Positions 17,897 to 30,400 of a stretch of DNA of 63,568 bases are shown here, piece by piece (the first letter of the stretch is position 1; each line of letters starts with the position of its first letter). Origin of the DNA: a virus (lineage: Duplodnaviria; Caudoviricetes); the IMG/VR virus record IMGVR_UViG_3300021963_006734, positions 1 to 63,568 of that record, one strand, 5' to 3'. A model generated the notes under the pieces. It ran no database searches, was not told where the DNA came from, and saw nothing but the letters and a program-made list of their open reading frames with translations. The position numbers and the translations under genes are program-made.

Positions 17897-20800
17897 ATGG
17901 CAATAAATCCATTAGATTATAGAATAGGAGGATATGTTGGTCCTACTATAGATGATCAAATAATATCGGGTGAAATTCAAGTACAACCGTTCACAGAACG
18001 GGACTATGACGATTATGCACGAGTTAACAATATTTACACATACACCCCAGATGCAGTTAGAGTAGAGACTGCTGTTGGGGGTGTTGTTTGGATATCTCCA
18101 AATGCTACCGATGTAATTGAAGCATATAGAAATGGAACATTAACTGGTGGATATGCCGAAGCTGCAGCCGGAGGGGTAATACTTCGTGTATTACCCAATA
18201 TAGTGCCACCACCAACACCACAAATAGTTCCTGTATTTATACCAAACCCAGACACTACAGTTGGGGTACAAATTTTCCCTACACAGGTACCACTAGATTT
18301 ACAGCAAGTAACACCAAAAACACCAGAAGAAATAAAAACAAATATACAACAATTACAAACACCAATTGAAAATAGAGCACCAATAACAGTTCCTCTGGTA
18401 GCCCCACAATCTGGATTGCAATCCATACAGTTAGTGGTACGAGTTTCACAAGAAGATGTTTCTTCTGCACAAAAACAATTACCATTAAACATTAATGTAT
18501 CTCCATATGATCCTGTATTAGTACCACTTCGTCAAGCAATGACGGAAGTATTAAAACAGAAAATGCGTAGTATTGTAAGTACATACTCTGATCCGGATAG
18601 ATACTTAAAAACATTATTAAATTTTGGTGATGATGTTCAACGAATTTTAATTAATTGGAAATTAGACCCTACCAATTCTACAAAACTATTAGTTAAATTA
18701 TTAGAACCACTTGATAATAATTTTGATAGTGGACAAAATGTTTTAATTAGTAGAGAAGTAGCAAATACTATAGTTGATACCATTAAATTTGAAATTGCAC
18801 CACTACAAGACACTAGTTTGTGGTTACGACCACTTAACAATGATGTAAAATTATTACATCAAGCTGGTAATGTATTACGCAATAAAACATTACAAAATAT
18901 TGGTATAAATGTTGATGGTGTAGAAGATGTATACGGTAATTATAGTTTTGCAGATGAAATATTACGCAAATGGTATACCGATGATTATAGATCAGTAGAA
19001 CTAAACACCGATTATACAAATTATGAAAAGTTTGTTAAATACAGTTCTGCAGAACTTAGATTAAAAACATTTAGGCAAAAATTATCTCGTTTATATGAAT
19101 TAGAACAAAATTCTAGATTTTTTGGTGGTATCGCAACAGGATCAATATTTGGTACAAACGCATTTTTAATTACTACTCCTGTTATAGTATCGAGTTCTAC
19201 TATATACCCAAGTCCAACTACTATAGTTCCACCAAGTGGATCATTGACAGTAAACACTGGTTCTATAGTTTCTATATTGAGTGCACCAGAATTACCATCC
19301 GCATCAATTTATTTACGAGAAGGATCTAAGAAAGCTGCGTTGGAAATTGAAGAAATAATTCGTGGATTTGATGGATACGAACGATATCTGTTTTATGGAT
19401 CGGGAAGTGCATATAGCGCAAGTGTGTACTGGACAGACAACAACACAGAATATAACACAGATGGTACTTGGCCAAAACGAGATAACGGAACTTTATATCT
19501 ACCAACAGAAACTCCTGCGGTAAATTGGTATGTAACTCAGAGTGCTATTGCTCAACGATATGATGAATTTAATTATGAAGTTTTGACAAATAGTATTCCA
19601 TCATATTTACAAGCAGACACACAGTCAGAAGATTTTGTCACATTTACAAAATTAATAGGACACTTCTTTGATAACCTTCGATTGTATATAGAAAACATGA
19701 CATCTATATACGATAGAAAAGTAAAATCCACAGAAGGATTGTCGCAAGACTTGGTATGGGATGTTGCAAAATCATTTGGACTAAATTTAGTTAATCCACA
19801 CGCAATGGATTCGTTGTACAATTACATAACTGATACAACACAAATAAACAAACGAAGAGAATTAACATCGGAATTGTTCAAACGATTCCTACACAATTCT
19901 TTATATTTAAATCGTATAAAAGGAACACGAACATCTTTACAAGCACTATTAAATATTTTTGGTTTAAATGAACAAATCGTAAATATTCGTGAAAGTGATA
20001 CACCAACTACTGGAAGTTTTGAAGTATTTGACGAAATTACTAATGTATTAAATTTTAATTCTGGTTCTTACATAAAGTTACCATTATCTTCGTCATTGCG
20101 TGAAGTACACACAATTCAATTTAGATTTAATTCTACAAATGATCAAATTACCACTTTAGCAACTGGTGATGATTTGTGGCACATGCGTCTAAATACTCAT
20201 CCATCGGCATCTTCTAGATTGGGACGAGTAGAAGTCACAAATGACATCGGAGAAGTATTATTAACGAGTAGTTACAGTGATGTATTTGGTGGTGATTATT
20301 TTGATGTAATGTTAAGATACAACACGGCAAGTGTTAATTTACAAGTTGCTAAGTCAGATGGTGAAGAAATTTTATATACATCTAGTATGTATACAACTTC
20401 ATCGTATATTCGTGATGCACTACCACTAACAAGTAACATGTATCTTGGTGGTTCTGGGTCTTTGTCACTCAACAACTTTGATGGTACTGTTGATGAAGTA
20501 CGAATTTGGGGTGAAGAAACAGAAGATGATAATTTCTTGGATCAATCATTAAATCCTGGAAGCTTTGCTGGTAATGCATACTGGTCCGCTGCAGAAAATT
20601 TATATGTTCGGTTGTCTTTCCACAAACCGACAAATCTTGCAACTGGAGTAATTAGTAATGATACACCATATAAAAATGTTGATGGTGTATCCGATCCAAC
20701 TAAACCACTATTACCAAATATTACATCACTAATCACTTATGGGTTCACACCAGTAACAGCGTTCCCATATCAAATGTCAAGAATCACTCGTAGATTGTAC

Positions 20801-22864
20801 CAATATACTACGAATGGTGGATCGTCTGCGTATGGTAGTAATAAAATAATATTACAACCACCTCCAGTATTTTTACAAACAACACCATTAGGTGAACCAT
20901 TATTAAGTAGAACAAAAAGTATAGTATCTATAGAAGCGCGTAAACAACAACCACAATCGAAGAAATTTGTAGGATTTTTCGTATCGCCAACTGATGCAAT
21001 AAATAATTTAATTATTCGTTCACTGGGAAATATTGATATTGGGAATAGTATTGGGTATCCAGGAAATCAATACAAAAACAAATATCCTGAATTAGAAGCA
21101 TATACGGCATACTACAATAAATTCTATTCTGTACCTGTAAACATTGCACAATTTGTACGATTCTTTGATAAAATATCTCCTGTTTTGTTTGAACAGGCCA
21201 AGGGGTTGGTACCTGCAAAAACTACTATAGCAACTGGAATTGTAATAGAACCTAATATACTAGAACGCAAAAAGTTATCTACGAGTAAACCAGCTAAATT
21301 CAGTGGAGCAAATACTCGTAAAAACACAAATGCAGTAAGTACTTCCCGTACAAGAAATCGTGACATGGATATAACACTATCCACAGAAACTACGATAGAC
21401 ATACGGGAAACATCTAAAATGGCACCCGCAGAATATACAGATATACTGGCTATATTTGATAAATCACAAGTATTTACTGAACCTACGAGTGATGTACTAA
21501 ACCTAGAAACGAAAGTACAGTTGAGTACAGGTAGTCTTGATACATCGTATTTAACATTTTTTGCAAACAATATTAATACATCAAGATCAATACGAGCGGA
21601 TGATATATTAGATGGATTACTAAATACAGCAACAGTAAATACAAATGTTGCAGAAGTTGATGGTATATATTCTGTGTATCAAGGAAATTCTATAAATTTA
21701 CATGAACGCAGAGTAGTTTCATCTTCATACATAACTTACGAAGAAACGATAGATATTGGAGACATAATATCACAACAAAATAAAAATATAGTTCAAGCAA
21801 CTATATTTAATGAAATACCGCCAAGAGCAGATTTCATGGACTATGGTGTTGTTAATTATTTTAATAAAACTAATGGTATTTATTATTTTGAACGAGTAAG
21901 GAAACAAGCGGTGGGAGAAAAACGATATAATTTCCTAACAGGTTCACAAGCTACTTGGTCATTTGGTAGCATTTATAACACAAACGATGTAGTGATACAA
22001 GCCGGAGGAACCGGAGATGCCAAGTACGGTAATAACAAATATTATAGATTTGTTGCACCGGACGCTCCTGTTCGGTCATACAATTATCCATCATTGGATA
22101 AAAATAACTGGGTACCACTGTTCTATGTAGGAAGAGCGGTACAAACACCATATCGAGTAATTTTTGATACATACAGAACAAACACAATCGAAGATTTGAG
22201 AATATTACCACTAAGTATAGTAGATATTTCACGACCAATTAATGAACCAAAACGATATACCACAAGATTACGAGTACAGTCGATAACCGCTAATACACAA
22301 TTGATTGGTTCTGTACGACTACAGACAATTGCAACTTTATTTTCCTTGCGATCAACTAATGGAAATTTAAGAATTCGTTTATATAACTCAAATCAAAATA
22401 GAAACGCTGATCTAAATAGACCTGTTGGTGTAGAACCCGTGGGGGATCATGGGGTATTATTTGATTTTACAATAACCCCCGATATTCAAAACATTAATTA
22501 TCCTTTATTTCCCGAAGTTAGACTGGAAAATAATGATCCGACACCCAACGCGTTAATTTATTACACAATAGATGAGGTGGGAGGAACCACCCAAACTAAT
22601 ATAACAATAGATTTTAGTTATTTCGCTATAGAAGCGGAATCAATAGTACCACAAGGATATTTACAGAGACATTATAAATTTTTTAGAGATAATTTATTGT
22701 CTACAAAACGAAGAAATTATCTGGGTTGTTTACAAACACAAGACACAACCACGGATGGTAGACCAGCGGTAGAAGTAACCTTTACAGCAGGTACTACAAT
22801 TACTGTGTCTCCGAACATACTGTTAAATGAAGAAAATTTGGGTGGAACAAACCTAAATGTGTAA
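17897..22864 (+). CDS. Large baseplate/tail protein with a gp7-like wedge segment and a LamG-like domain
   Basis: IPSYL…FTKLIGHFFD, KGTRTSLQALLNIFG, FDGTVDEVRIW motifs; 1655 aa. Confidence 0.6.
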   Translation: MAINPLDYRIGGYVGPTIDDQIISGEIQVQPFTERDYDDYARVNNIYTYTPDAVRVETAVGGVVWISPNATDVIEAYRNGTLTGGYAEAAAGGVILRVLPNIVPPPTPQIVPVFIPNPDTTVGVQIFPTQVPLDLQQVTPKTPEEIKTNIQQLQTPIENRAPITVPLVAPQSGLQSIQLVVRVSQEDVSSAQKQLPLNINVSPYDPVLVPLRQAMTEVLKQKMRSIVSTYSDPDRYLKTLLNFGDDVQRILINWKLDPTNSTKLLVKLLEPLDNNFDSGQNVLISREVANTIVDTIKFEIAPLQDTSLWLRPLNNDVKLLHQAGNVLRNKTLQNIGINVDGVEDVYGNYSFADEILRKWYTDDYRSVELNTDYTNYEKFVKYSSAELRLKTFRQKLSRLYELEQNSRFFGGIATGSIFGTNAFLITTPVIVSSSTIYPSPTTIVPPSGSLTVNTGSIVSILSAPELPSASIYLREGSKKAALEIEEIIRGFDGYERYLFYGSGSAYSASVYWTDNNTEYNTDGTWPKRDNGTLYLPTETPAVNWYVTQSAIAQRYDEFNYEVLTNSIPSYLQADTQSEDFVTFTKLIGHFFDNLRLYIENMTSIYDRKVKSTEGLSQDLVWDVAKSFGLNLVNPHAMDSLYNYITDTTQINKRRELTSELFKRFLHNSLYLNRIKGTRTSLQALLNIFGLNEQIVNIRESDTPTTGSFEVFDEITNVLNFNSGSYIKLPLSSSLREVHTIQFRFNSTNDQITTLATGDDLWHMRLNTHPSASSRLGRVEVTNDIGEVLLTSSYSDVFGGDYFDVMLRYNTASVNLQVAKSDGEEILYTSSMYTTSSYIRDALPLTSNMYLGGSGSLSLNNFDGTVDEVRIWGEETEDDNFLDQSLNPGSFAGNAYWSAAENLYVRLSFHKPTNLATGVISNDTPYKNVDGVSDPTKPLLPNITSLITYGFTPVTAFPYQMSRITRRLYQYTTNGGSSAYGSNKIILQPPPVFLQTTPLGEPLLSRTKSIVSIEARKQQPQSKKFVGFFVSPTDAINNLIIRSLGNIDIGNSIGYPGNQYKNKYPELEAYTAYYNKFYSVPVNIAQFVRFFDKISPVLFEQAKGLVPAKTTIATGIVIEPNILERKKLSTSKPAKFSGANTRKNTNAVSTSRTRNRDMDITLSTETTIDIRETSKMAPAEYTDILAIFDKSQVFTEPTSDVLNLETKVQLSTGSLDTSYLTFFANNINTSRSIRADDILDGLLNTATVNTNVAEVDGIYSVYQGNSINLHERRVVSSSYITYEETIDIGDIISQQNKNIVQATIFNEIPPRADFMDYGVVNYFNKTNGIYYFERVRKQAVGEKRYNFLTGSQATWSFGSIYNTNDVVIQAGGTGDAKYGNNKYYRFVAPDAPVRSYNYPSLDKNNWVPLFYVGRAVQTPYRVIFDTYRTNTIEDLRILPLSIVDISRPINEPKRYTTRLRVQSITANTQLIGSVRLQTIATLFSLRSTNGNLRIRLYNSNQNRNADLNRPVGVEPVGDHGVLFDFTITPDIQNINYPLFPEVRLENNDPTPNALIYYTIDEVGGTTQTNITIDFSYFAIEAESIVPQGYLQRHYKFFRDNLLSTKRRNYLGCLQTQDTTTDGRPAVEVTFTAGTTITVSPNILLNEENLGGTNLNV

Positions 22865-22920
22865 TAAAAAGTATTTGTAACATATTTATATTCGACAACT
22901 TAAGTTAAAGGGGTATTACC

Positions 22921-23547
22921 ATGGGATATCTAAACAATTCAACAATTACGGTTGATGCTATATTGACCAAAAAAGGACGAGAATTATTGTCCAAAGGTCA
23001 AAGTCAATTCAATATCACGCAATTCGCTGTTGCAGATGACGAAGTAGACTACACATTGTATACAACATCACATCCACTTGGTTCATCGTACTATGGATCA
23101 ATCATCGAAAATATGCCGGTTTTGGAAGCATCACCGGACGAAACACAATCAATGAGATACAAACTTGTATCGTTGGATCGTGGAACAAAAGAAATTCCAA
23201 CAATTTCTTTGGGAGTGACGGGGTATACACTAAATTATAATGACTCGGTAACAGTAAATCCAACAACCACGGCAGAACTAGCAACTGCGGGATACACTGC
23301 TATATTGTACGATGGTACCATATCAACAGTATCTACTGGGGCACCATTGCCAACGGGTACTACAACACCGTTCTTTACAGCAAACCAAGCTGTATCGGCA
23401 AACGCAATAGTTGTTCAAGGATTTACCTTCAACCTAACAGCAAAGGAATTGACGGTAGATCGCGTAACACAACTTACAATAATTAACAACTTAACGGGTG
23501 CAACCAAAACTGTAACAGTTACAGTTAAGGCAAAACCAACGGTATAA
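22921..23547 (+). CDS. Putative baseplate/tail-collar structural protein
   Basis: AILTKKGRELL…ITQFAVADDEVDY N-terminus; CATTTATA variant at 22881. Confidence 0.55.
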   Translation: MGYLNNSTITVDAILTKKGRELLSKGQSQFNITQFAVADDEVDYTLYTTSHPLGSSYYGSIIENMPVLEASPDETQSMRYKLVSLDRGTKEIPTISLGVTGYTLNYNDSVTVNPTTTAELATAGYTAILYDGTISTVSTGAPLPTGTTTPFFTANQAVSANAIVVQGFTFNLTAKELTVDRVTQLTIINNLTGATKTVTVTVKAKPTV

Positions 23548-23561
23548 TAGGGGTATAATTT

Positions 23562-24710
23562 ATGGCAATTAGAACATTCGTCCCATTTAATACCGAAGAA
23601 GATATTGTAGTGGCAAATCAAACCACTGTAACTACTGGCTTGTGGTCGGGAGACACAGGAAGTTTAGTATCATTCTTTTCTTCGAGTACACAAATTTCTT
23701 CTAGTGGTGAATATTACTTTGATATGTACGATAAAAACCCCGCAACCGATAGTACAGCAGAAGTACAGTTTGCTGTGGCCTATGGTCATTCTAATGGTGC
23801 AGGTACTCCGACATTATCACAAGATGATTTGGCAAATTTATCTACAAAAGCTACATATTTACAATACAAAAATATTTTATTAGATCCCTCTGATGAATTA
23901 TTTACATTCGGGGACTACAGTACAGACCACATTTATGTAATCAACATCGCAAGAAGTAGACTTCGTGAACAATTGGATCCTGGTAATTGGTTAATATCAC
24001 TTTCTGGATCAAGTGGAAAATTTACTTTTATTGATGATAGTGGTCAAACTTTAAGTGCAAAATCAGCAACCGCTAAGTCTGGTCGTGTATTTAATGTAGT
24101 GTCTGGATCATTAACTGGAATTAGTGGAAGTACCATCGCAGCATCACAGTCTGTACAAGGTAAGGGATTTGGATTGGTATATCCAGATTTGGGTATTATT
24201 GTATTAAATCCAGATGCGGTAGTTCCAACAGTAGGATTCTTGTCCGCATCAGTAACGGGATCATCAACTGGTACGGGTAACGGTAATACGGAAGATTTCT
24301 ACTATTCTACAGCAGTAGGAAGTGCAGGAAAACCATTCGCTCCATACACAGGATCAATTGCAGGAACAATTACTGGAACTCCACGAGCACAGTATAATCA
24401 TGATGGATTAGTTCGTTCAATTGTTTTAGGTGGTGACTTCCAAGCTCGTTCGGCAGAAACAATTTCATCAACACATTATTTCGTTCGTTTAAGAAATAAA
24501 GATTTTAATTATTCAAACAACCCAACATTCTATAACAATACAAATGGACAAATCTTGAATGAAGATTTCGTTCAAGATCCACATGTATACGCAACAACAG
24601 TTGGATTATATAATGATGCAAAGGAATTGTTAGCAGTTGCAAAGATGAGTCGTCCATTAGAAAAGACATTTGATAAGGAAGCTCTCGTAAGAGTACGATT
24701 GGATTTTTAA
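23562..24710 (+). CDS. Putative tail structural protein
   Basis: C-terminal YATTVGLYND..ELLAVAKMSRP motif; Ser/Thr/Gly-rich. Confidence 0.55.
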   Translation: MAIRTFVPFNTEEDIVVANQTTVTTGLWSGDTGSLVSFFSSSTQISSSGEYYFDMYDKNPATDSTAEVQFAVAYGHSNGAGTPTLSQDDLANLSTKATYLQYKNILLDPSDELFTFGDYSTDHIYVINIARSRLREQLDPGNWLISLSGSSGKFTFIDDSGQTLSAKSATAKSGRVFNVVSGSLTGISGSTIAASQSVQGKGFGLVYPDLGIIVLNPDAVVPTVGFLSASVTGSSTGTGNGNTEDFYYSTAVGSAGKPFAPYTGSIAGTITGTPRAQYNHDGLVRSIVLGGDFQARSAETISSTHYFVRLRNKDFNYSNNPTFYNNTNGQILNEDFVQDPHVYATTVGLYNDAKELLAVAKMSRPLEKTFDKEALVRVRLDF

Positions 24711-24729
24711 TTAAGACTACGGAGGTTCT

Positions 24730-25668
24730 ATGAAAGTTTTGAAACCTCTTGGTCGTGATGGGTATTCAAGAGAACCATATGTTGCATACGCGTCACAAAG
24801 TTATACAATAATATCTGGAGCGGTAGATAATCCGCTCCAGGTATCTATTGATATAGCACACCAACCTCCACAAAATTGGTTGAGTTTTATTGAAAACGAT
24901 ATTGATGTGGGATATGTAAATGAATCTGGTGTACATGCATACCAATTATTTACATTATTGAATACCAGTTTTTATTCTTCACATTCATTTATTGGTTATG
25001 GAACTGAATCGGTTGCTATAACAAAATTTACTCCGTCAGGAAGTTTATTTGTATTTAACCTAGCAACAGAAGCTATAGGTGAAGGTGTAAAAGAATCAAC
25101 TTTTAGTGTAAAAACATCTGGATCATCGGTAAAGATTCTTGATGACGGATATGGTAGACTGTATGTAAACAACACAGGAAGTGTGGTAGGAAGTATATTT
25201 TATAAACAAGGTATCGCAGTGGTCAAAGCTAACACGGCAGCAACCACACAATCTATTAGTGTAAATGGATTACAACTAAAAGAGTATATACCACTGAATG
25301 TTGCATTTTCTTCATCGACTACTATATATGAAAATAAAGTAGTTTGTAATTTGGAACCATCGGATTTTAATACTAGTTATTTTAATCCAAGTTTAAAATA
25401 TATGAAGTCGGTTACTGGTTCATATGTGAGTGCATCAACAACAATAACATATACCGACTACGAATTAAACCCCAACCCAACGGCATCGGCAACAGCATCA
25501 TCCGGTGAATCATTGGCGGTGTTGTTTGAATCTGGTGCACTTTCACCCTATATAACAACTATAGGATTGTATAACGGTTATGAATTGGTTGCTGTTGCAA
25601 AATTAGCAAGACCTATACCCAGAACAGTAAATGTTCCTCAAACTTTCATTGTAAAGTTTGATACATAA
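24730..25668 (+). CDS. Putative tail structural protein, paralogous to 23562..24710
   Basis: C-terminal YITTIGLYNG.ELVAVAKLARP motif; SD GGAGG. Confidence 0.55.
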   Translation: MKVLKPLGRDGYSREPYVAYASQSYTIISGAVDNPLQVSIDIAHQPPQNWLSFIENDIDVGYVNESGVHAYQLFTLLNTSFYSSHSFIGYGTESVAITKFTPSGSLFVFNLATEAIGEGVKESTFSVKTSGSSVKILDDGYGRLYVNNTGSVVGSIFYKQGIAVVKANTAATTQSISVNGLQLKEYIPLNVAFSSSTTIYENKVVCNLEPSDFNTSYFNPSLKYMKSVTGSYVSASTTITYTDYELNPNPTASATASSGESLAVLFESGALSPYITTIGLYNGYELVAVAKLARPIPRTVNVPQTFIVKFDT

Positions 25669-25681
25669 TGTGGAGATTACC

Positions 25682-26095
25682 ATGTCAAAATTAGTAGAAT
25701 TGTTACAAGATACAAAAAAATATGATAGATTAAATAACATTCAGGGTGGTGATAAAAAATTTAGTGTTCGTGCACAGTCGAATCTTGATGAAGGTATACG
25801 ACAAAAGAACGCAACAAATTTTATAGATGCACAGAATGTACTACAAGATGAATTTACTGTTGACGAAAATAAAAACGCACTAACTGTAGAAGGAATATCA
25901 AAAGCACCAGAAGCTGATTATACCAAGTATACAGAAAAGGCACTTGCTAATTATGAAACACGATCTGTAGATCCAAAATTAAGTCAATATAATTCAAAAC
26001 TTATACAAAAATATTTGGCAACAAAAGCAGATTCTCAATATAAAACAATAAATGAAACTACCGAAGGGGTTAAGTTAGTATATAATCCTGCATAA
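25682..26095 (+). CDS. Hypothetical protein
   Basis: SD GGAG before ATG 25682 (MSKLVELLQD…). Confidence 0.65.
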   Translation: MSKLVELLQDTKKYDRLNNIQGGDKKFSVRAQSNLDEGIRQKNATNFIDAQNVLQDEFTVDENKNALTVEGISKAPEADYTKYTEKALANYETRSVDPKLSQYNSKLIQKYLATKADSQYKTINETTEGVKLVYNPA

Positions 26096-26113
26096 TAAAA
26101 CTAAAGAGGTTAT

Positions 26114-26458
26114 ATGAAGGCTCGTAGCGCAAAAAATAAAGGGAAACGATTGCAAAACGCCATTCGTGACCTCATACTAGAACACTTTCCACAACTGGAA
26201 CCAGATGATGTAGTCTCGACACTTATGGGTGATTCGGGTACGGACATCAAACTTAGTCCAGCTGCTAGGAAAGTGTTCCCGTATTCACCAGAATGTAAGA
26301 ACCAAGAAAAGGTTAATATTTGGTCAGCCTTACAACAAGCGGAAAAAAATAGTAAGGAAAATACCCACCCCGTAGTGTTCTTTAAAAGAAACAATACAAA
26401 AACATATGCTATTATAGAAGCAGAACACTTCTTTGAATTGACAAAAAATAAACAATAA
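26114..26458 (+). CDS. PD-(D/E)xK nuclease, Holliday-junction resolvase-like
   Basis: KNKGKRLQ…G.DI…ECKNQE…PVVFFKRN motifs. Confidence 0.7.
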   Translation: MKARSAKNKGKRLQNAIRDLILEHFPQLEPDDVVSTLMGDSGTDIKLSPAARKVFPYSPECKNQEKVNIWSALQQAEKNSKENTHPVVFFKRNNTKTYAIIEAEHFFELTKNKQ

Positions 26459-26469
26459 TAAATCAACAC

Positions 26470-26498
26470 TTGTTTTTTTATAGGAGAGAGATTAGATT
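26470..26498 (+). promoter_or_regulatory. Sigma70-like promoter upstream of the primase
   Basis: TTGTTT, 17-nt spacer, TAGATT. Confidence 0.5.
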
Positions 26499-26506
26499 TC
26501 TTAATT

Positions 26507-27418
26507 ATGAATCTAATCTCTCTTTTATCACAAATACTAGGCGACTTTCGACATCACGGGAAAGGTGAACATTACTTTTCCTGTCCATTCTGCCATCATC
26601 GAAACAAAAAATTTGCAGTCAACGTTGTCAAGAATAAATGGCACTGTTGGGTATGTGGTGCCAAAGGTAACCATTTAATAGGACTACTTAAAAAGTTAGA
26701 TGTATCACCACAACAAATAAAAGAACTTCGTAAACTATTATCTGATGAAGATGTAACAATCTACAAAGAAACAAATCAAGAAACTGTAGAGTTACATTTA
26801 CCGCACGAATTCAAACCGTTGTGGAAACCAGAAAATACATATGAATATATACACGCCATCAATTATTTAAAAAAACGAGGTATTACTGGATACGATATAA
26901 TTCGTTATCGTATGGGATATTGTGAAACAGGAAATTACAGTGGTAGAATAATTGTTCCTTCATATGAAGATGTGGGAAAGTTGAATTACTTTATCGCACG
27001 AAGTTATCATGATGGTGGAATGAAATATAAGAACCCACCTGTATCTAAAAATATTATTGTATTCGATGATCAAATAAATTGGAATCAACCAATTATTCTA
27101 TGCGAAGGAATATTTGACGCAATAGCAATACGGCGTAATGCAATTCCTATGTTGGGTAAATTTATACCCAAAAAATTAGAGACAAAATTACTTGAAAAAC
27201 AAGTCAAGCAAGTATATATTTTATTGGACGATGACGCTAAATCGGAGGCGTTGATCTTAGAACAAAAATTAAAATCACACGGTATACAAGTATCACAAGT
27301 GTCAGTGAACGGTGGTGACGCAGCTGACCTTGGATTTGAAAAGACCTGGGAGTTTATTAATAACTCAAAGGCAACTACCTTTAAGGACTTTATACAAAAT
27401 AGGTTACAAAATACATGA
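26507..27418 (+). CDS. DNA primase (zinc finger plus TOPRIM)
   Basis: CPFC…HCWVC zinc finger, YLKKRGI, RIIVP, CEGIFDA, LDDDA, DAAD. Confidence 0.88.
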   Translation: MNLISLLSQILGDFRHHGKGEHYFSCPFCHHRNKKFAVNVVKNKWHCWVCGAKGNHLIGLLKKLDVSPQQIKELRKLLSDEDVTIYKETNQETVELHLPHEFKPLWKPENTYEYIHAINYLKKRGITGYDIIRYRMGYCETGNYSGRIIVPSYEDVGKLNYFIARSYHDGGMKYKNPPVSKNIIVFDDQINWNQPIILCEGIFDAIAIRRNAIPMLGKFIPKKLETKLLEKQVKQVYILLDDDAKSEALILEQKLKSHGIQVSQVSVNGGDAADLGFEKTWEFINNSKATTFKDFIQNRLQNT

Positions 27419-30400
27419 ACATAAGTGTCCCATTTAATAAACTTAAAAAAATAGTTCATCTCGCAGACATTCATATCCGTCTGTTTAAGAGACATGAAGA
27501 ATATAACGAATGTTTCCAGACCCTCTATAACCAGTTGCGTCAAGAAGATTTGACCGACTCGGTTATTGTCGTTGCTGGTGATATCGTCCACGCTAAGACG
27601 GATATGAGTCCTGAGATGGTGGTCATGGCTACGGAGTTCTTAAAGACTTTAGCGGACATCGCACCAACAATCGTTATTGCGGGTAATCATGACCTGAATC
27701 TATCTAACATGAATAGATTAGATAGTTTGACACCAATTATCAATAGTATAAATCATACAGATCTTCACTATTTTAAGTACTCCGGCGTTTACACCATCGC
27801 AGATACAGACTTTGCTGTATACTCCATTCTTGACGAAAAGGAAAAATGGCCATCCCACAAGGATTGTCATTCTCGTCGTAAGGTTGCTCTTTACCACGGG
27901 CCCGTTCATGGAGCAACCACGGATGCGCGATATACAATTACGAATAGACATGTTGAAGTGTCAGCATTTAATGGATTTGACATGGTTTTACTTGGTGACA
28001 TCCATAAACATCAAGTATTACAAGAACGAGATGTGGACAGTAAAAAACCTGTAATTGTATACGCATCTTCCCTCATTCAACAGAATCATGGGGAAAGTGT
28101 AGACAATCATGGGTGGTGTATGTGGGATGTTGGTAGTTGTTCGTTTGAGTTTCGTCCACTTCCAAATAATTACGGATACTACACAGTAGAGGTTAAAAAC
28201 GGAAAGGTTCCTGTATTGAGTGATGTTCCTAAAAATGTTCGCATGCGGATATTCACAGGAAACCTTGATACTTCTGCCGTTAAGAAACTGACAGCGGTAT
28301 TACGAAAACAACACAATATTATTGAGTTAAGTATTAATAAATCTAGACACGATACTTCCACTCGTGACAAAATGAAAAGTGGTTTGGAAATAGTCGATGT
28401 GCAGAATATTAATATACAAAATCAACTAATCCAAGATTGGTTGGAACGACAATACGATGATACAATTGATAGAATTTTAATGACAAAAATTCTAGATGTT
28501 AATAAAAATCTTAATGCGCAGATCGTCCACGATGATCATTCGCGTAATATCAATTGGCGTCCCCTTCAATTAAAATTCTCTAATATGTTCTCATATGGTG
28601 AGGATAATATTATTAACTTTGGGAAGATGAAGGGAATATATGGTATCTTTGCCCAAAACGCATCTGGTAAGAGTTCTGCTATGGATGCCCTTATCTTTAC
28701 CTTATATGACAAGACACCACGGGCATTCCGTGGTGATCATATAATGAACAATCGTAAAGATGAGTTTACCTGTCAGTTAAAGTTTGAAATTAATAATGAA
28801 ATTTTCTATATTCGTAGAACTGGAACTCGTAAGAAAAATGGAGATGTCAAAGTAGATGTGTCTTTCTGGCGAGAAAATCCAGATGGTACCCACGAATCGT
28901 TAAATGGTGAGGATCGTCGTGATACCAATGCAAATATCCGTAATTATGTTGGTACTTACGAAGATTTCGTCTTAACAGCACTTAGTAGTCAAAATAGTAA
29001 TGCTCTGTTTATTGATAAGTCACACTCAGAAAGAAAAGATCTTCTTATTCAATTTATGGGGCTGAGTATCTTTGACAAATTATGCGATACTGCAAATGAC
29101 GAGATGAAAGAAATTTCGGGAGCACTCCGTAAGTTCAAGAAGATAGACTTCACTCAGACCTTATCAGACACCCAAAATAAGTTGGATATAACTCGCGAGG
29201 AACATGAAAGAGTAGAGGAATTATTTGTAAAGGTAAAACAGGAACAAGAAATTTTATACGAAAAGTTAAAGAGTTTACAAGAACAAAAACGACCAGTTCC
29301 AAACATTGAGTTAGACATCGGTACTTTATTGTCTAATCGTGATGAAATGGCAGAAAATGCGGTTGTGTATGAAAAAGAAAAATTACAAGCAGAAACACGA
29401 TTGGAATCATTACATGAAACTATTACACAAAAAACAAACGAAGTAACGGAAGCAAACATTCCAGAACTTCGTAAGTCGGTTGATGAGTATAATAAATTAT
29501 GTGATTTATTTAATAAGGGAAGTAATGCTTTAAAGTTGACCACTTCAAAGGTTACTGAAAAGGAAAAGTTCAAGACTAAATTGGAAAGTTACAAGTATAA
29601 TCCCGATTGTAATGTTTGCGTAGAAAACAATAAGTCAATTATTGAGGACATGGAATCGGTTACTCACGAGTTGATTGACTTATATGAACTTCAATCCAAA
29701 CAAGAAGATGCGGTAAACGAAATCAAGCAACAGATGGAACCGTTAATTGAGAAAGTCAATGTTTGTACACATTATGAGAAGTTACAAACTGAAGTTCAGC
29801 AACTACAAAAGAAAGCTAGTGGGATTGAATTAGACATTCAGAAATTATTGACTAGTATTGAAAAATGTGATCGTAAACGGGAACAAATTGAAAAAGACAT
29901 TGAACTTAATCGATTAAACAAAGAAAATATTGAATACAATATTGAAGTAGACAAACAAATCGTTCATGTCCAATATGACATTACCGCATCCAAGAAAAAG
30001 GCTGACCATATGGAAAAGGTGGTCCGTGACTTGCATGGTGAAATCAAGGTCTTGGAAGCCACCAAGATGGACATTATGAACCAGATTAAGGAAGCTGAGG
30101 AGTTGGAAGCGACCTATGAAGCATACAAGTATTACATGGAAGCGGTGGGGCGTGATGGTATCCCATACGAATTGATGAGTAAGGCAATCCCAAACATCGA
30201 AGCTGAAATAAATAATATTTTAAGTCAGATTGTGGAATTCACTATCTCACTTGAAGTGGACGGAAAGAACATCGTGGGTAAGTTAAACTACGATTATGAC
30301 CGTGTATGGCCGCTGGAAAATTCGTCTGGTATGGAACGGTTCATTAGTAGTCTGGCAATCCGTGTAGCTTTGATTAACGCAAGTAATCTTCCAAAATCAA

